A program made the position numbers and the translations under genes. A stretch of DNA of 62,252 bases, the filler included, from Rhabdomonas costata (lineage: Eukaryota), in the NCBI GenBank assembly GCA_019059605.1. It is 32 parts of 32 records of this genome, joined end to end, with 100 filler letters (N's around TTAATTAATTAA, not from the genome) between each part and the next. Parts side by side here need not be neighbours in the genome. Positions count along the whole stretch, not along the records: positions 21,427 to 23,275 come from JAHMHO010008234.1; positions 23,376 to 25,225 come from JAHMHO010008235.1; positions 25,326 to 27,180 come from JAHMHO010008236.1; positions 27,281 to 29,129 come from JAHMHO010008237.1; positions 29,230 to 31,078 come from JAHMHO010008238.1; positions 31,179 to 33,027 come from JAHMHO010008239.1; positions 33,128 to 34,976 come from JAHMHO010008240.1; 25 more parts are not named here. One strand, 5' to 3'. The notes below the pieces were generated by a model that searched no databases, was not told the origin of the DNA, and was given only the letters and a program-made list of their open reading frames with translations. Below are positions 23,156 through 35,076 of the stretch, one piece after another; position 1 is the stretch's first letter; every line of letters starts with the position of its first letter.

Positions 23156-23653
23156 ATCGGCAGCTCTTGTCCTCCCTCCTCCCCCCACACATTTTGGGGT
23201 TGCAAAGAGGCGAAATATCTAATGTACAAAAAGGCACATGCACACGCAAGCCACGCTCGCACACGTTGCCCATTGNNNNNNNNNNNNNNNNNNNNNNNNN
23301 NNNNNNNNNNNNNNNNNNNTTAATTAATTAANNNNNNNNNNNNNNNNNNNNNNNNNNNNNNNNNNNNNNNNNNNNCCTCCCCCTCGCCGTGCATCACTTC
23401 AACCATACCTCGGATGCCGATCCCCTTTTAAGTGGCCTAATAAGATCGTGAACAAAACAAATATCGTGGCTTTGGGGTTTGGATTGTTAGAAGTTTCGTT
23501 TGAAGTCACCCCCATGGGTGGGGACGACGCGAAGTGTTTATTTGGAGTCTCACTGTAAAAGGGCACCCGATACCATAATAATGCCTTCTTGGCGACCCTG
23601 GCGACAGCGGTCTTACGTGTGGGTGCTATGAGTGCCGCGTGGGTGGGTTGGAC

Positions 23654-25136
23654 CTGCAAGTCACGTAGGGTCTCGCGGTAGCGGTGCAGGCTGGGGTCCA
23701 GGGTCTCCTTGCAGAAGCTGATTTGGTACTCCGTGCTGCGGATCTGCCGCTCGGTGTCCTCCAGGCGCTTGGTCTTGTTGTAGATCATCTCGCCCATCTC
23801 CCCGTAGTACCGCCGGAACGCCACCAGGAAGAACTTCTGCTCCTCCAGCGCCAGCGCATCACCTATATTTGTATTTTTTTCTTTTGCAAAAAGCTAGCAG
23901 CTAGCAGCCAGTATACACACCCGCTGACGTTTACCACGATGTGTGTGGTGGGGTGGGACTGAGAGGATCCAGATGGAGCGTCTTCCATCGGATCCGACTT
24001 TTGATCTGGGGTGGGGTCGTTGCTTTTCCACTTCATAACTTCGAAAGTTGGCTGTATGTCAACATCAAAAACTTCCCCCTACGAATTTGTGACCCAAGAA
24101 GCTGGGCCGGACTGGATGCAGGCGGCGTTTCAGAAGATTGAGTCTGACTCTCGATGGGTTTTCCTGAGTCACCATCCCTCTCACGCCGCGGCGGCGTTCT
24201 ACAGCTCCCCGTTTGAGAACGCCCTTGCACTTGCCCTCGACGGAATTACCCTACCACGCCAGCCGAACACTGGGCCTGCGAGAGATCGCCCATTTTGCGA
24301 TGGGAAGCCTTGAACAATGGGTGCGTGTAAAGAGGATGGTAACCACGGAATGACCCCCCACACACCTCAAGAAAAAAAGGGAACCGAGAGTGCCAAAGAA
24401 TGCTACAGAAAAGACAAGGCGGCCAGAGCAATGTCAAAGGAATGCCGGAGTTTTGGAGGGGTGAGTCAGAGGGAAGGGTGTGTGGTTGTGTGTGTGTGCT
24501 TGTGTTGAGGGACGAAGGTAGGCAGCAAATTGTTGGGCCTGAGGCGCGGAGGCGCACGGGGGGGGGTGCGTACCCTCGCTGCTGGCGGCGTTGGCAATGT
24601 CCGCGGCGACCTTGCTGGCCTGCTTGAAGAAGTCGTCAAGGTTCTTCATCATGTGATCCTAAAAGATATATGCGCAGATGTATGCGAGAGACAGAAGCGG
24701 AGAGGGGGGCGGGACAGGTGCACCAATTCACATACAAGCGCAGCAAAATAAATCATCCCACGATGAGGTCGCCAAAAAGCAGCAGGCAGAGATGCAACCC
24801 GCCCAGCACGCTCAACTGACAGAAAACGAATCTGAGATTCACCCCGCCGCCTGGTGTGCTCAGCAGAATACACCCTTTACCAACAGAGTCTGCTGTGGCA
24901 CCGCCTTGGCTCTCCGGGCTAGAATTTGCCACAAGCACGTGAACTGTGGATGATGCACAGTACTCAAGGCACACAAACCAGCACACACACACACACACAC
25001 CGCGGCCTCGCAGTCGTTCATCAGCTGCTTCAAGGTTGTGACGTGGTCCTCGCAGGTGCGGATCGTGGCGTTGTACTCCACCTTGCGGCGCTCCTGCTTC
25101 CCCACCTCCACAGACCAGTCTTCAATGGCCTTGAAC
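23654..25136 (-). CDS. Paraflagellar rod (PFR) family protein, partial; exons 25136-25001, 24658-24574, 23862-23654
   Basis: ERRKVEY...CEDH...L...DCEAA|...|FLVAFRRYYGEMGEMIYNKTKRLEDTERQIRSTEYQISFCKETLDP parallels the PFR1/2 pattern (KRKVEY...AFRRLYKTLGQLVYKKEKRLEEIDRNIR...ETFDP). Confidence 0.85.
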
Positions 25137-25571
25137 CTGTTTTAATTGAAGAATTCCAAATGACAGGCCACAGGTGTCTGGCGGGTGCGAGATGGCGATG
25201 GATGGGGAAAGAGCACAACACCCACNNNNNNNNNNNNNNNNNNNNNNNNNNNNNNNNNNNNNNNNNNNNTTAATTAATTAANNNNNNNNNNNNNNNNNNN
25301 NNNNNNNNNNNNNNNNNNNNNNNNNGTAGTGTTGTTCCGGTTGGACAGTAATGGAAGGAAGGAGTGGAAAGTAAAAATCGTTAATCGTTTTCGTCGAATA
25401 CACAACAGCACCCGTGGAAGGACTCTCACACAGGCACACCGCGAATTCGAGCGCATGTTCCTATCGGAGCACGGGCACAGTATGTGACTTTGCACTCCTG
25501 TCTTATACCCAATGACGAAAGACAGAAGCCGGGAGGACAGAGGGCAGCGTAAGCGAGGGAAGGGCAAGGAC

Positions 25572-25772
25572 CTGTGCACTCCCCGGCGGCGAACAGCCCG
25601 AAGATGGGGCACTTCTTCCCAAACACAGAATGACCCTGGGGCAGCTTCATCTGCACCTCTGCGGAGGGGCTGATCTCCATTCCACCCATACAGTAGTGCA
25701 CCGAGGGGGTGATCTGTGCCACCACATAGGTGTCCCGCTCCAGGTCAAACCGCACCGGAAACACGCACTTGC
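25572..25772 (-). CDS. Soluble (NADH-dependent) fumarate reductase, FAD-binding domain exon
   Basis: KCVFP...VAQITPSVHYCMGGMEISPSAEVQMK...PIFGLFAAGECTG; the ISPSAE.Q insert resembles kinetoplastid FRD. CAG/GT boundaries. Confidence 0.85.
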
Positions 25773-26372
25773 CTGCCGCAACACAAAAAAAAAAAGGAGG
25801 GAGGAAAGCACGTCAAACACAACAGGAGCCGTCAACCGCCTGCTCATCGGGACAACATTGGATCTGCAGAGCTGCCAACGCGTGGTACAGGTGGCCGCTA
25901 GAGTGGGAAACACCTCCCCCCCCCCCCAACCTCTGTTTTTCTGACTCTCGTTTTTGAGGTAAAACGTACAATTTTACCGAAAAAAGACTCTGATCTGCAT
26001 TGTGGGTGGAAAATCGACCTGTCCAGGTGCTGTCGACGACTGCATATGCAACGAACCGCACGTAACCTCGCCGACCAACAGGGAACCGAAAAAAGACGGA
26101 CCATGCACGCTTTCCCAGTCAACCCAAAACGTCACATGGTGGATCACAGCAGAAGCAAACAAGCACCGAAGGAACCCCCACACACACATACGTCGAAGGG
26201 GCACACGACGTCTTCTCGATAAATCCAGTGTCCTGAACCTGCGGAGGGCGACACAAATCCACCGCAGTGGTGCAAGGACCAGTGGAGAAACGTTATTCTA
26301 CTGCCAAACCCTCCTCCCCTCAGCCCCTTTCACTGGTGTCCGCGTGCGCGTTTGTGTATTTTATGCGCGCTA

Positions 26373-26399
26373 GTGTGTGTGTGTGTGTGTGTGTGTGTG
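26373..26399. repeat. (TG)n microsatellite
   Basis: Read directly. Confidence 0.95.
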
Positions 26400-27281
26400 C
26401 TGATCATCCGTTGATACCTTTCAAACATATTCGTTGGGCAATATCCCTAATGAGCCATAGGAACCGGAGTTGCATAGGACCGGTAGATATCACAGCTTGA
26501 ATTTCATTGGGTCGCTGAAGCCCATTTTTGGTGGAATGGTGGGTCCGCTGAGTTTAACCGAAGCTTCACTGACTACTGAAAGGCGGTATTAATTTATTCG
26601 CGCCCCCCTCCAGTCGCCAACCTTGTGAGGAACTGTAAACCAATGGCTTCAAAACGACGACTTCAAAACTATCATTCTGAATCATTTTGTCACAAACGCC
26701 GTTACCAAAACCCAAAGTCACATCGACCATTGATGTGTTCGTTATAGAAACCCGAAAAATAATCTTATACTGACAGAATAACCCAAAAATCGGAACTCAA
26801 ATCACAAAGATTTCTCAATCGTTTTCATCTCAGACTGCTCAATGTTCCCTCTTCACTTTCCCATTTCAGCACTTCTGCCGTTTTTGCATTCCACCCAGAT
26901 CGCGGGTTGCTTTTCGTAAAGTTTGTTTTCTGCCGAACCCCAACCGTTGCAAAACTCCGGTGCCGCGAATTTCCCTGATCGGAACTCAAATCACAAAAGC
27001 ACCCTGCCCTCCAAAACCGAGGACATGAGGGCCTTCAACAATAAACTTGTTACCCCCATGGAGGTTGGGGGAGGGGGAAGCTCGAACAATTACCAGAAAA
27101 TCGATGAATCTATATGTCTGACGGCTGTGGATTTAAACTTCTTCCGTGGACACACAGGGCTGACTTTTTTTACCCCCAACNNNNNNNNNNNNNNNNNNNN
27201 NNNNNNNNNNNNNNNNNNNNNNNNTTAATTAATTAANNNNNNNNNNNNNNNNNNNNNNNNNNNNNNNNNNNNNNNNNNNNT

Positions 27282-28388
27282 TTGTTGTGTACCTTCGACC
27301 CCGCGGCCGAGGCCGCAGTAAGCAGTGGGAACGGGACTGCCTTGGAAGTCTTGGGTTCCGCGGGGTACGGCACAGTGCTGGCGGCGAGCTGGACGATGCC
27401 CTACCTGAACGTCTCCCTTGTGCTGGAGATTTCGGTGGCCCAGCTTCAGGAAGAGATTCTGCTGCAGCTCGGCAAGCAGGGCACCGCGATTAATGGGAAC
27501 CTAAACGGGTCCACGGACCTTCTGCTGGCCCGTGCCACAATGGTGAACGGTACGAAAGGGTTTCGTTCCTGAGCACTCCGAAGTACTACAATGAGGTCTG
27601 CAAACCAAAGTGCCCTGGTCCGGCGATACCCACGGTGAACGCCGCGGTGAAGTGCCTTACAGGGGCCGGGTTCAGCCTTGACTATCGGTATGCCGGTCAC
27701 GGTGCGCTGTGCAGCAGTTGCACGTTTGTTCTTTTTCGTGACTCAGCGAGGCATTTGCTGTTGTTATCATGTCCGTGTCCCCCTTTTTCAGAAATGTCAC
27801 TGTGCTGGCGGCCTACGTGTGCCTCCCTCGGCTGGGCGCAGGTGCCTTCCCTTCTACGCGGCGTCGTTTTATCGCGGGTGACGGGGGGATTTGATCTAGG
27901 ACTGAAGAGTTTTTGGCGAGTCAGCCGTGACACGGGTTCACAATGATCCCTCACCTAATCGCTTTTCCATCGGCCCGCACCTGAGCACCGCTCTCGTGCT
28001 CCACGGCACCCATAACCTACCATGTTTGCCAACCTTAGGGCTGGTGTACAAGGTCGACGATGTGCAGATCCTCCAGAGCAGCCTTGACAGCGTCGCGGAT
28101 TACGCCGACATCCAGAACTCGAAGGAGCCCTCCACGATGGAGCTCCTGGTGGGCCTGCCGTACCCCTCCAACACCACCGCCACCCCCACAGCGGTGCAGT
28201 ACCTCACCGACCTGCAGGATGTCCCGGATGGTTGCAGCGCTAACGTCCAGCCGCCCATTCCGCAATGCATTCGCAGCGGCTCGGGCTCGGCGGCGATGCT
28301 GGAGGCTCTTCGCGGGGGCACGGGGCTTATCGCAAACATTGACTATCATGGGACGAGCGTGTACTCCGCCTACACCTATTCCTCCCTG
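27282..28388 (+). CDS. Extracellular Cache-like repeat sensor protein (possibly a receptor-cyclase ectodomain), partial, with an apparent frameshift
   Basis: Repeated motifs AAVKCLTGAGFSLDYR and EALRGGTGLIANIDYHGTSVYSAYTY, plus LGLVYKVD and ELLVG; many N-X-S/T sites; GT donor after 28388. Confidence 0.6.
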
Positions 28389-28639
28389 GTATGTGCTGAG
28401 CCCGGCCACGACCTCTGTGCATTCATTTTCGTTCCAGTGCGGTTTTGAAATCGGTGCTATTGCTGTTATCACTTTTCCAGCTCGGGGCGGGACTGGTGCT
28501 GAAGATTTTTTTGGAGGTTTTTTTTTCCAAAATAGCTTACCCATCATTGGGGTAGCGTCTCCCTCCGGATCGCTCTATTTTTCTTTTGTTTTCGCCAGTG
28601 CTGATCTCGAAGCGAGAGTACCCCAGCCGAGCACGCCCA

Positions 28640-29129
28640 CTATTTACACAGGGAGAGGTAGGGGGTGCAGGGAGCAGGGTAGGGTATGCAGGGAGCCCGC
28701 AAAGCACGGAGATCCAGCCAGCCAGCTGGTTCTCCCAGAAGGGCGAAGCTCCGCTGCGCCCCGATGCCTTTGTGCAAGGCAACCGATACCCGCTGCCAGC
28801 ACTCCGCCTGCCGCAGGCCAGGGAAGCGCTCCAAACCCTCCGTGGACAGGCGCTTGGCATATCGGCTGAACAGCTTGGTCAAAGCTTTGTGGCTCTGCGG
28901 GCCATGTGCCCCGAACATGTCGACTCCTAAAGGGATGAAGGTGAGGTTGGCGGTGGCACACATCACAGTGGACTCCGCCACATTGTCGGCTTCTGCACGC
29001 TCAACTGCCGTCCATCCCTTTGTTGCAAGTCGTTCAGCGCGTGCACAACGGCGAGATCGACCGCAACATCGGAGCCGGGAGGCCAATTCTGTAGCAGGAC
29101 ATCAGCGGGCCGCTTGCGCCCCCAACATC
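28640..29129 (-). mobile_element. 3' end of a CRE-like non-LTR retrotransposon: restriction-like endonuclease domain
   Basis: RPADVLLQNW...DVAVDLAV (frameshift) AVERAE...C...FIPLGVDMFGAHG...WQRVSVALHKG, the PD...D RLE signature, followed by a pyrimidine-rich tail ending TGTAAATA. Confidence 0.85.
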
Positions 29130-30012
29130 NNNNNNNNNNNNNNNNNNNNNNNNNNNNNNNNNNNNNNNNNNNNTTAATTAATTAANNNNNNNNNNNNNNN
29201 NNNNNNNNNNNNNNNNNNNNNNNNNNNNNGTGGGTGGTGTACAATGGGCTCCTCTGCGGGAGTGGGTGGACGTCACGGGTTGCAGAAGCGCGGACGCAAG
29301 GGTGGGCAGCAAGTGCAGGCAGCAAAATGGAAGCAGTGGACTCCAACAAAAATGAACCGCTTGTTAAAAATGAACAGAACTCAGGTTCTTGGGCCAGGAA
29401 CAGAAAGCGTATAAAGTGGGGCGAAATACTCTTTGCTGGAGCTCAAAAGCAACCTTATTCAGTTTTGCTGGCTTCGTTGGAGTCTTTTCCAGAAGCGAAC
29501 CCTCGGGCAGGTGTCATACTAACCCTCTATGGGGGTGCCAGTCCAGCCACACCGAAATTGACTCGAAGATGGTTATTTTTTTCGGGCGCAGCGTACTGTC
29601 GCGGCGCGCCCTTTAGAAAATGTCCACCGAGGGTTCTGTATCCCTAGGTGCCGCTCCAGACTAGTGGGGTCGTGGGATGAGGAGTACCATGAAAGGACTC
29701 AGAACCAGGAGTCCAATCCCGTCGAACCACAGTCCCCACGGATCGGCAATCTTGGAAGGAAATGCAACTGTTGCAAGGTTTTTCTTTGCTATGAAAAATG
29801 CGTTCACATTGCCTCCAAAGACAAACTATCCAAAGGCAACGATGGTGCAGAACTTGGAGAGTTGCAAGTGAGTTGAGCATCAGGGGTGAACGGAGTCTTG
29901 GTGCAGGGTCAGGGTCGACACGAGCTTCCTCAATAACGCTCGGAAAGGCTGAGCAAGTTCAAAATAGCCAAGTGTTTTGTTTGGAGAGGACTCCATGCAC
30001 ACACATCCACAC

Positions 30013-30148
30013 TTGAGGAGGAGCCTCCGGTGGTATACGCCCGCACAGGGAAGCAAATGCTTCTCCGCGAGAAGCCCACCGCGGTCTCGATGGACCTCCG
30101 CCCAAGCCCCCGGGCAAGCCAAAACATCCTCGCCCTCATCGCGGCCAT
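30013..30148 (-). CDS. First exon of a probable mitochondrial protein (presequence-like)
   Basis: MAAMRARMFWLARGLGRRSIETAVGFSRRSICFPVRAYTT: Arg-rich, acid-poor, with an R-X-Y-T/S cleavage-like motif; upstream pyrimidine tract; GT donor. Confidence 0.5.
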
Positions 30149-30681
30149 TCGACCCCGGAGAAAGCAGGAGAAGGGGCAAAGTAGAGACCACAGCAACAAG
30201 GCTGCAAACAAGGCTGCAAAGTAATCCGTCCAATGCGAAACAGTCCGTTCAGATCGACGTGTGACGTCGGCAGTAACGAAGCGTGTGCTGGACAGGAAAT
30301 GAACTTCAACAAAAACGGCACAGTCCACTGTTAATCCAGCCGTGAGTTCTTCCGATTTCGGCTCGGAAACCAGGGACCCTCAGTAGAAATTCAAGAAAGG
30401 GAAGGAAGACATGACCCAAAAATGCAACTGCCACACAAGTGAGCCTTTTTGATGCAGCTGACTGAACCTTCGCTTGTCGAGCAGAACGAAGAAAAAAGCC
30501 CAATTACACTCAGTACATCTACAGTGTTCCAGCCCGTCCAATTCGCGCACTCGCACATGCACAAAAAGGGCTTCCGACTGATATCACAGAAAGCAAAAAA
30601 AAAAGGAAGGTGGATAGTCGAGGGAGCTCAAAAAATAAGTTAGCGTCTACGGCAATGGAAAAGTCGCCCACAGCACAGCAC

Positions 30682-30767
30682 TCAGGCCGCCTCCGGGAGG
30701 TTGACATCCTCGGCTGCAATGCGAATATTCTGCTCTTCTATCCACTTCTGGATCAGCACCTCGGAAT
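30682..30767 (-). CDS. Terminal exon of an unknown gene
   Basis: TTCAG acceptor, then (D)SEVLIQKWIEEQNIRIAAEDVNLPEAA* with coding-like codon usage. Confidence 0.5.
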
Positions 30768-31178
30768 CTGAACACCAGCCAGAGGTGTGAGCACAGTGGT
30801 TTTTGTTACGAACGAAAAAGGCGAGAGTCCCGTCGACTCGCTGTGATTGGATTCCGAAACCTTCGCTTCCTTTACTTCACCTAAACAATCCAAAAACAAC
30901 TGAGCCGATATATCAGGCGTTTGAAAACACATTGCAATCTATGGCATTGCCATATCTCTCGGCCGACCTGGCCGAAGCAGCACCGGTACATCTCCCACAC
31001 CCTCACAAATCGCCTCATAACATTCATGCGCCATCAATGGGTGTCGAAAGCCTGGTGACAGGGGAAGTCCAACCCCACNNNNNNNNNNNNNNNNNNNNNN
31101 NNNNNNNNNNNNNNNNNNNNNNTTAATTAATTAANNNNNNNNNNNNNNNNNNNNNNNNNNNNNNNNNNNNNNNNNNNN

Positions 31179-31950
31179 GTGGGTGGGTTTGTCGTGTTGA
31201 GTGGGTCAGGTGCTTCTGGTATTGCGTCTCACGTGGTGTTGCCTTCTGGTTCTTGGCTGGTGAATTCTGTGCTGGGTGTGCTCTTGGTGTTGACTTTGGC
31301 ATTATGCATGGTTGGCTTTGGGTTGGTGAACTTATGCATGGGATACCTTAATGTGCCCTTACGATTCCTTACGCGCGTATGCCTTATTGTAGTGTAGCGT
31401 AGTGTTCTACTCTTGGAATGTATTGTGGTGTAGGGTATTGTAGTGTTGTCTAGGGTATGGTGTGTGGTGTTGTGGCAATGTATTTACTCAGGGTAGGGTG
31501 TGGAGTGACTGTGTGGTTGGGTTGGCTATGGTGGTCGTCGTTGCGTTGGCTATGTTGGCTATCGTGTTGGTGTTGGGGCATTGGTGGTTGGGTGTGGGGT
31601 AGCGTTGGTAGGGTGTGTGCTGTTGGTCGTTGGGTGTCTTTTGGCTATGGTGGCATGTGAGTCTGTGCTTGGGTTGGTCTTGGCGTTCTTGGTGTGTCTA
31701 TTCTCGTCGATCTCACTGGCTGTTCGCGTAGGGTGTGTTGGTTTTGGTGTTGATGTTGGGACTCTTGGTGTTTGGAATCTGGACATTGGTGGTGGTGCTA
31801 GGTCTTGCTGTGTGGGTTCATGGCTGCTGTGCGGTGTTTTCGTTGTTGGGTGGGTTCTGCGTGACTTTGGCTGTGGTTGTGAGGTGACTGTTCCTCAATG
31901 TATTACCGCATGTTGGCGTTGGAGTGCTTGCTGCGCTTTGCTGCTGGTGT
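31179..31950. repeat. G/T-skewed low-complexity tract
   Basis: Strong G+T strand bias with TAGTG/GGTATGGTG-like units; ORFs here are compositional artefacts. Confidence 0.7.
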
Positions 31951-34900
31951 CTGAAAACAGAGACACCTTTTGTACCCCAACGTACCCCAACCTAGCACAG
32001 CAACTCCATTACCCAAACCCAACTCGTAGCGTGTGTACTCCGCAAAAGTACATATAGTTGGAACCTACGTAAGATCTGAATTTTCACAGCAGAAAGAAGA
32101 GTATATTTGAAGAGCACCAAGCGTCTCTACGTCAAACCACGCACAAAAAACCACTTCCAATTTCGGAAGAAAAACAGTAAAAATATTTGCATGTATTGAC
32201 ACAACGCAGAACACTGACAAACATTTCCTGTGCCACCCTTTGCTGCCTTGGGCGGCATTTTTTCGGCGTAGGGTGTTCGCTAATACGAAAGCAGCATAAA
32301 TGTCTTCCTCCAGCAAAGATGCCCCAATCGGAGAGCCCGTTCCCCTGGGTGTGTTGAAAATTATTGTTCCTTACGAGAAAATTATTTTAAAAAAATAAGA
32401 TTTGATTTAGTAGCACAGAGGCCATTTGTGGGAATTGAAAATTGATTGACTGGATAGTTGGACAGGTTTTTTTTTCAAAGATTACACAATAGGATGGGTT
32501 TGGAAACAAGAAGTATGTGATGGGTGCAAATGAACCACGCGCACGGGCAACCTATTATTGATGAGAGCTGAGAAGTACCAACGCACAAACACAAGAAACA
32601 ACGCACAAATCGAAGGCTACCAAAAAAGGCAATGAGGCCAAGAGCACTGGGACGATGAGCTCAGTTGCACACCCGGGAGGGGAACTCTACTGACCCTCAC
32701 AGTGTCTTTCAGGAAGAGGTGCAGGAGATTTCTGGGACGTTTTTCAGCATCCAGCGAGCACACCCCTGATCGAAAACAAGGAAACCTTGCTCCCAAGAAG
32801 TTCGGGAAGCCGGGAAGGGCCACTGACTGAAAATTAATATGTACGAAAACCAATACAAATGCGGCACCTGCAAAAGTGCTTCGGGGGCTTCACAGATCAG
32901 TGAGTGAAGTGGCTTAAGGACATACTTCACGGATAGCACATTCACACTGCTGTAGTAGTGCTGCTTGTACTTGCCGAACGAAGGAGTCAAAGCGCGAAGT
33001 GCCATACTGCCTGGGGCAAAACAAAACNNNNNNNNNNNNNNNNNNNNNNNNNNNNNNNNNNNNNNNNNNNNTTAATTAATTAANNNNNNNNNNNNNNNNN
33101 NNNNNNNNNNNNNNNNNNNNNNNNNNNTGTGTGTGTGGGAGGATCGGTCAAGAGAGGGCAATAATTCATTCTTCACGCAAAAAAAATGAGCAAACGAAGG
33201 GAAACACGCATCTGCAGGGAAGGCTAAGGTAAGGGAAGGGGCGGCCAAGGACTTTAGGCTGGGTCGAGCCGCTTGTTTTCGCAGAAGTGCCTTCAAAGTG
33301 TCCTGGGAGAGGGTGCTTCTGCGGTATCGGCCCACACGAGCGGGCATCGCAGTCCAAGGGGCTGCATCCAACTGGAAAAACGAATGACCAAACGGATGCG
33401 AAGGCCGCAACTTCATGAGAACTATGAACTTCTCATTCTTTGTTTACCTGCCGAGCGTCCTTCGCAACACAGATGATTTAGATGGGGACCACCTCCTATA
33501 AAACTCCGGCGCTGGTGTCTTTGTGTCCCCTAGAACGATAGATTTCGAAAGGACGCTCGTGTCCCTATACTATATGCATGGGGGGGGGGGTCCTCAACAT
33601 CCGAAAACCAAAACTGCAGTAAATGCAAAAGCCCAGGCATGATGCGAAGCTCTAGGACCCATAACACATTGGCAATACCCTGGGAAGGGATGCCCGCCTG
33701 GCCAACGAGTCCTCCACCAGAGGTGCCGCAACGCAGGCACCAGGAGCTTCCGCGAGGCTGGCGCACGCCTCGGCCTCCCCGGCAGTCATCCTGCTCTGCC
33801 CTCAGACCAGAAAGCTGTCAGGAGGACAAACTTCCAAGCGAGTGGGAATATGCGGAGGCCTTTCAAAGGGCAAACAAACAGCGAGCGCCCTAACAACTGT
33901 GCAAAAAGAATGCTGAACCACAGAAGCAATAAAAATGCTCACCGCCAACTCGCTCAAACACGGCGAGCCTCACCGCCAGCAACCTGCAGTATCGCATCTT
34001 CCCAGCCAAAGGTCGATACAAAAGAAACCCAGATGAGTCAAGAGGGCCTTTCAAAAGTCCAAGTACATAGCGCCAAACAGCCAGCCAGCCTCTGAACTCA
34101 TCTGCGGGTTTTGCACTGCACACGTTCCTTTGTGTTTTGCATCCGGAGTAGCCAAGAAACTTCGAAAGGATGTGGGGCTGGCATATGGGCGGGCACGCCC
34201 CACCTACTAGAAGATGCCAGTTGCACATCCTCTTATGTGTTTTAAGCTCCTTTTACTCTGCATTTGGGGTTTGGGCACCCTGGCTTTTCGACTCGCTTCT
34301 CAACCGAACGCGAAATTCTGCTTGGCCCTCGGATTTAGACAATCCCACACGCAAAGCAGCAAGTGGCTAGCAGCCTCAAACCTTCGCAGCGAGTCAGTGC
34401 AGCATACGGGGCAAGTCTCCACCTCCTCACAGACTTCCTGGCGAGTGCAAGCCACACATTCGGAGGCAAAGCGGCAACCACAGCAGGCGGCAAAGTTACC
34501 TTCCCCTCTTCGACGAATCGTGTTTGCCGGCACAGAGCGCGTGCACGAAAGAGTCCGCATCGGTTCCCAGCATGGGGCATCCTCGAATGGGGGGGCTGAC
34601 TGAAAGTAAGTCATTCTTATAGTGGGCGACGAATGATTCCCGGGGCGCTGGCCAACTCCCCCAGCTGCAGTGATGTTGGGGGCAGGCCATTGACTACGCC
34701 CTGGGTTGCCACCATGCCAGCCGCTAGGTGAGACAACCCCGCCGTCAAGTTCCCACCAAAAGTACGTTGCCCAGTGGCGAGGGGTGGCAAACCCTCTCCT
34801 GCGCCTGTGCGCATGTGAAGAAGGACAAAAGGAAAGATCTGCTAATGCAACAACAAGAAGCGAAGGAAGAGCAGCTCCTGTAATTCAGTTCGGCGAACGG

Positions 34901-35076
34901 TGCAGTTCCGTAGGACGATGCACGCGTCCTACGGAACCGGTTATGCGTTTTTGCAGGGGATATCTTCGTACTAGTANNNNNNNNNNNNNNNNNNNNNNNN
35001 NNNNNNNNNNNNNNNNNNNNTTAATTAATTAANNNNNNNNNNNNNNNNNNNNNNNNNNNNNNNNNNNNNNNNNNNN

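Noticed and set aside
22372-23331. Long poly-His/Thr/Pro/Val ORFs
   Set aside because: Antisense or intronic readings across the EXD1-like exons and a (GGT)n microsatellite.
26789-26998. 20-bp direct repeat ATCGGAACTCAAATCACAAA
   Set aside because: Only two copies ~190 nt apart in non-coding DNA, with no associated structure.
29570-29586. TATTTTTTTCG resembling the 3' end of the Euglena spliced leader
   Set aside because: The match is limited to a T-run; upstream bases do not match.
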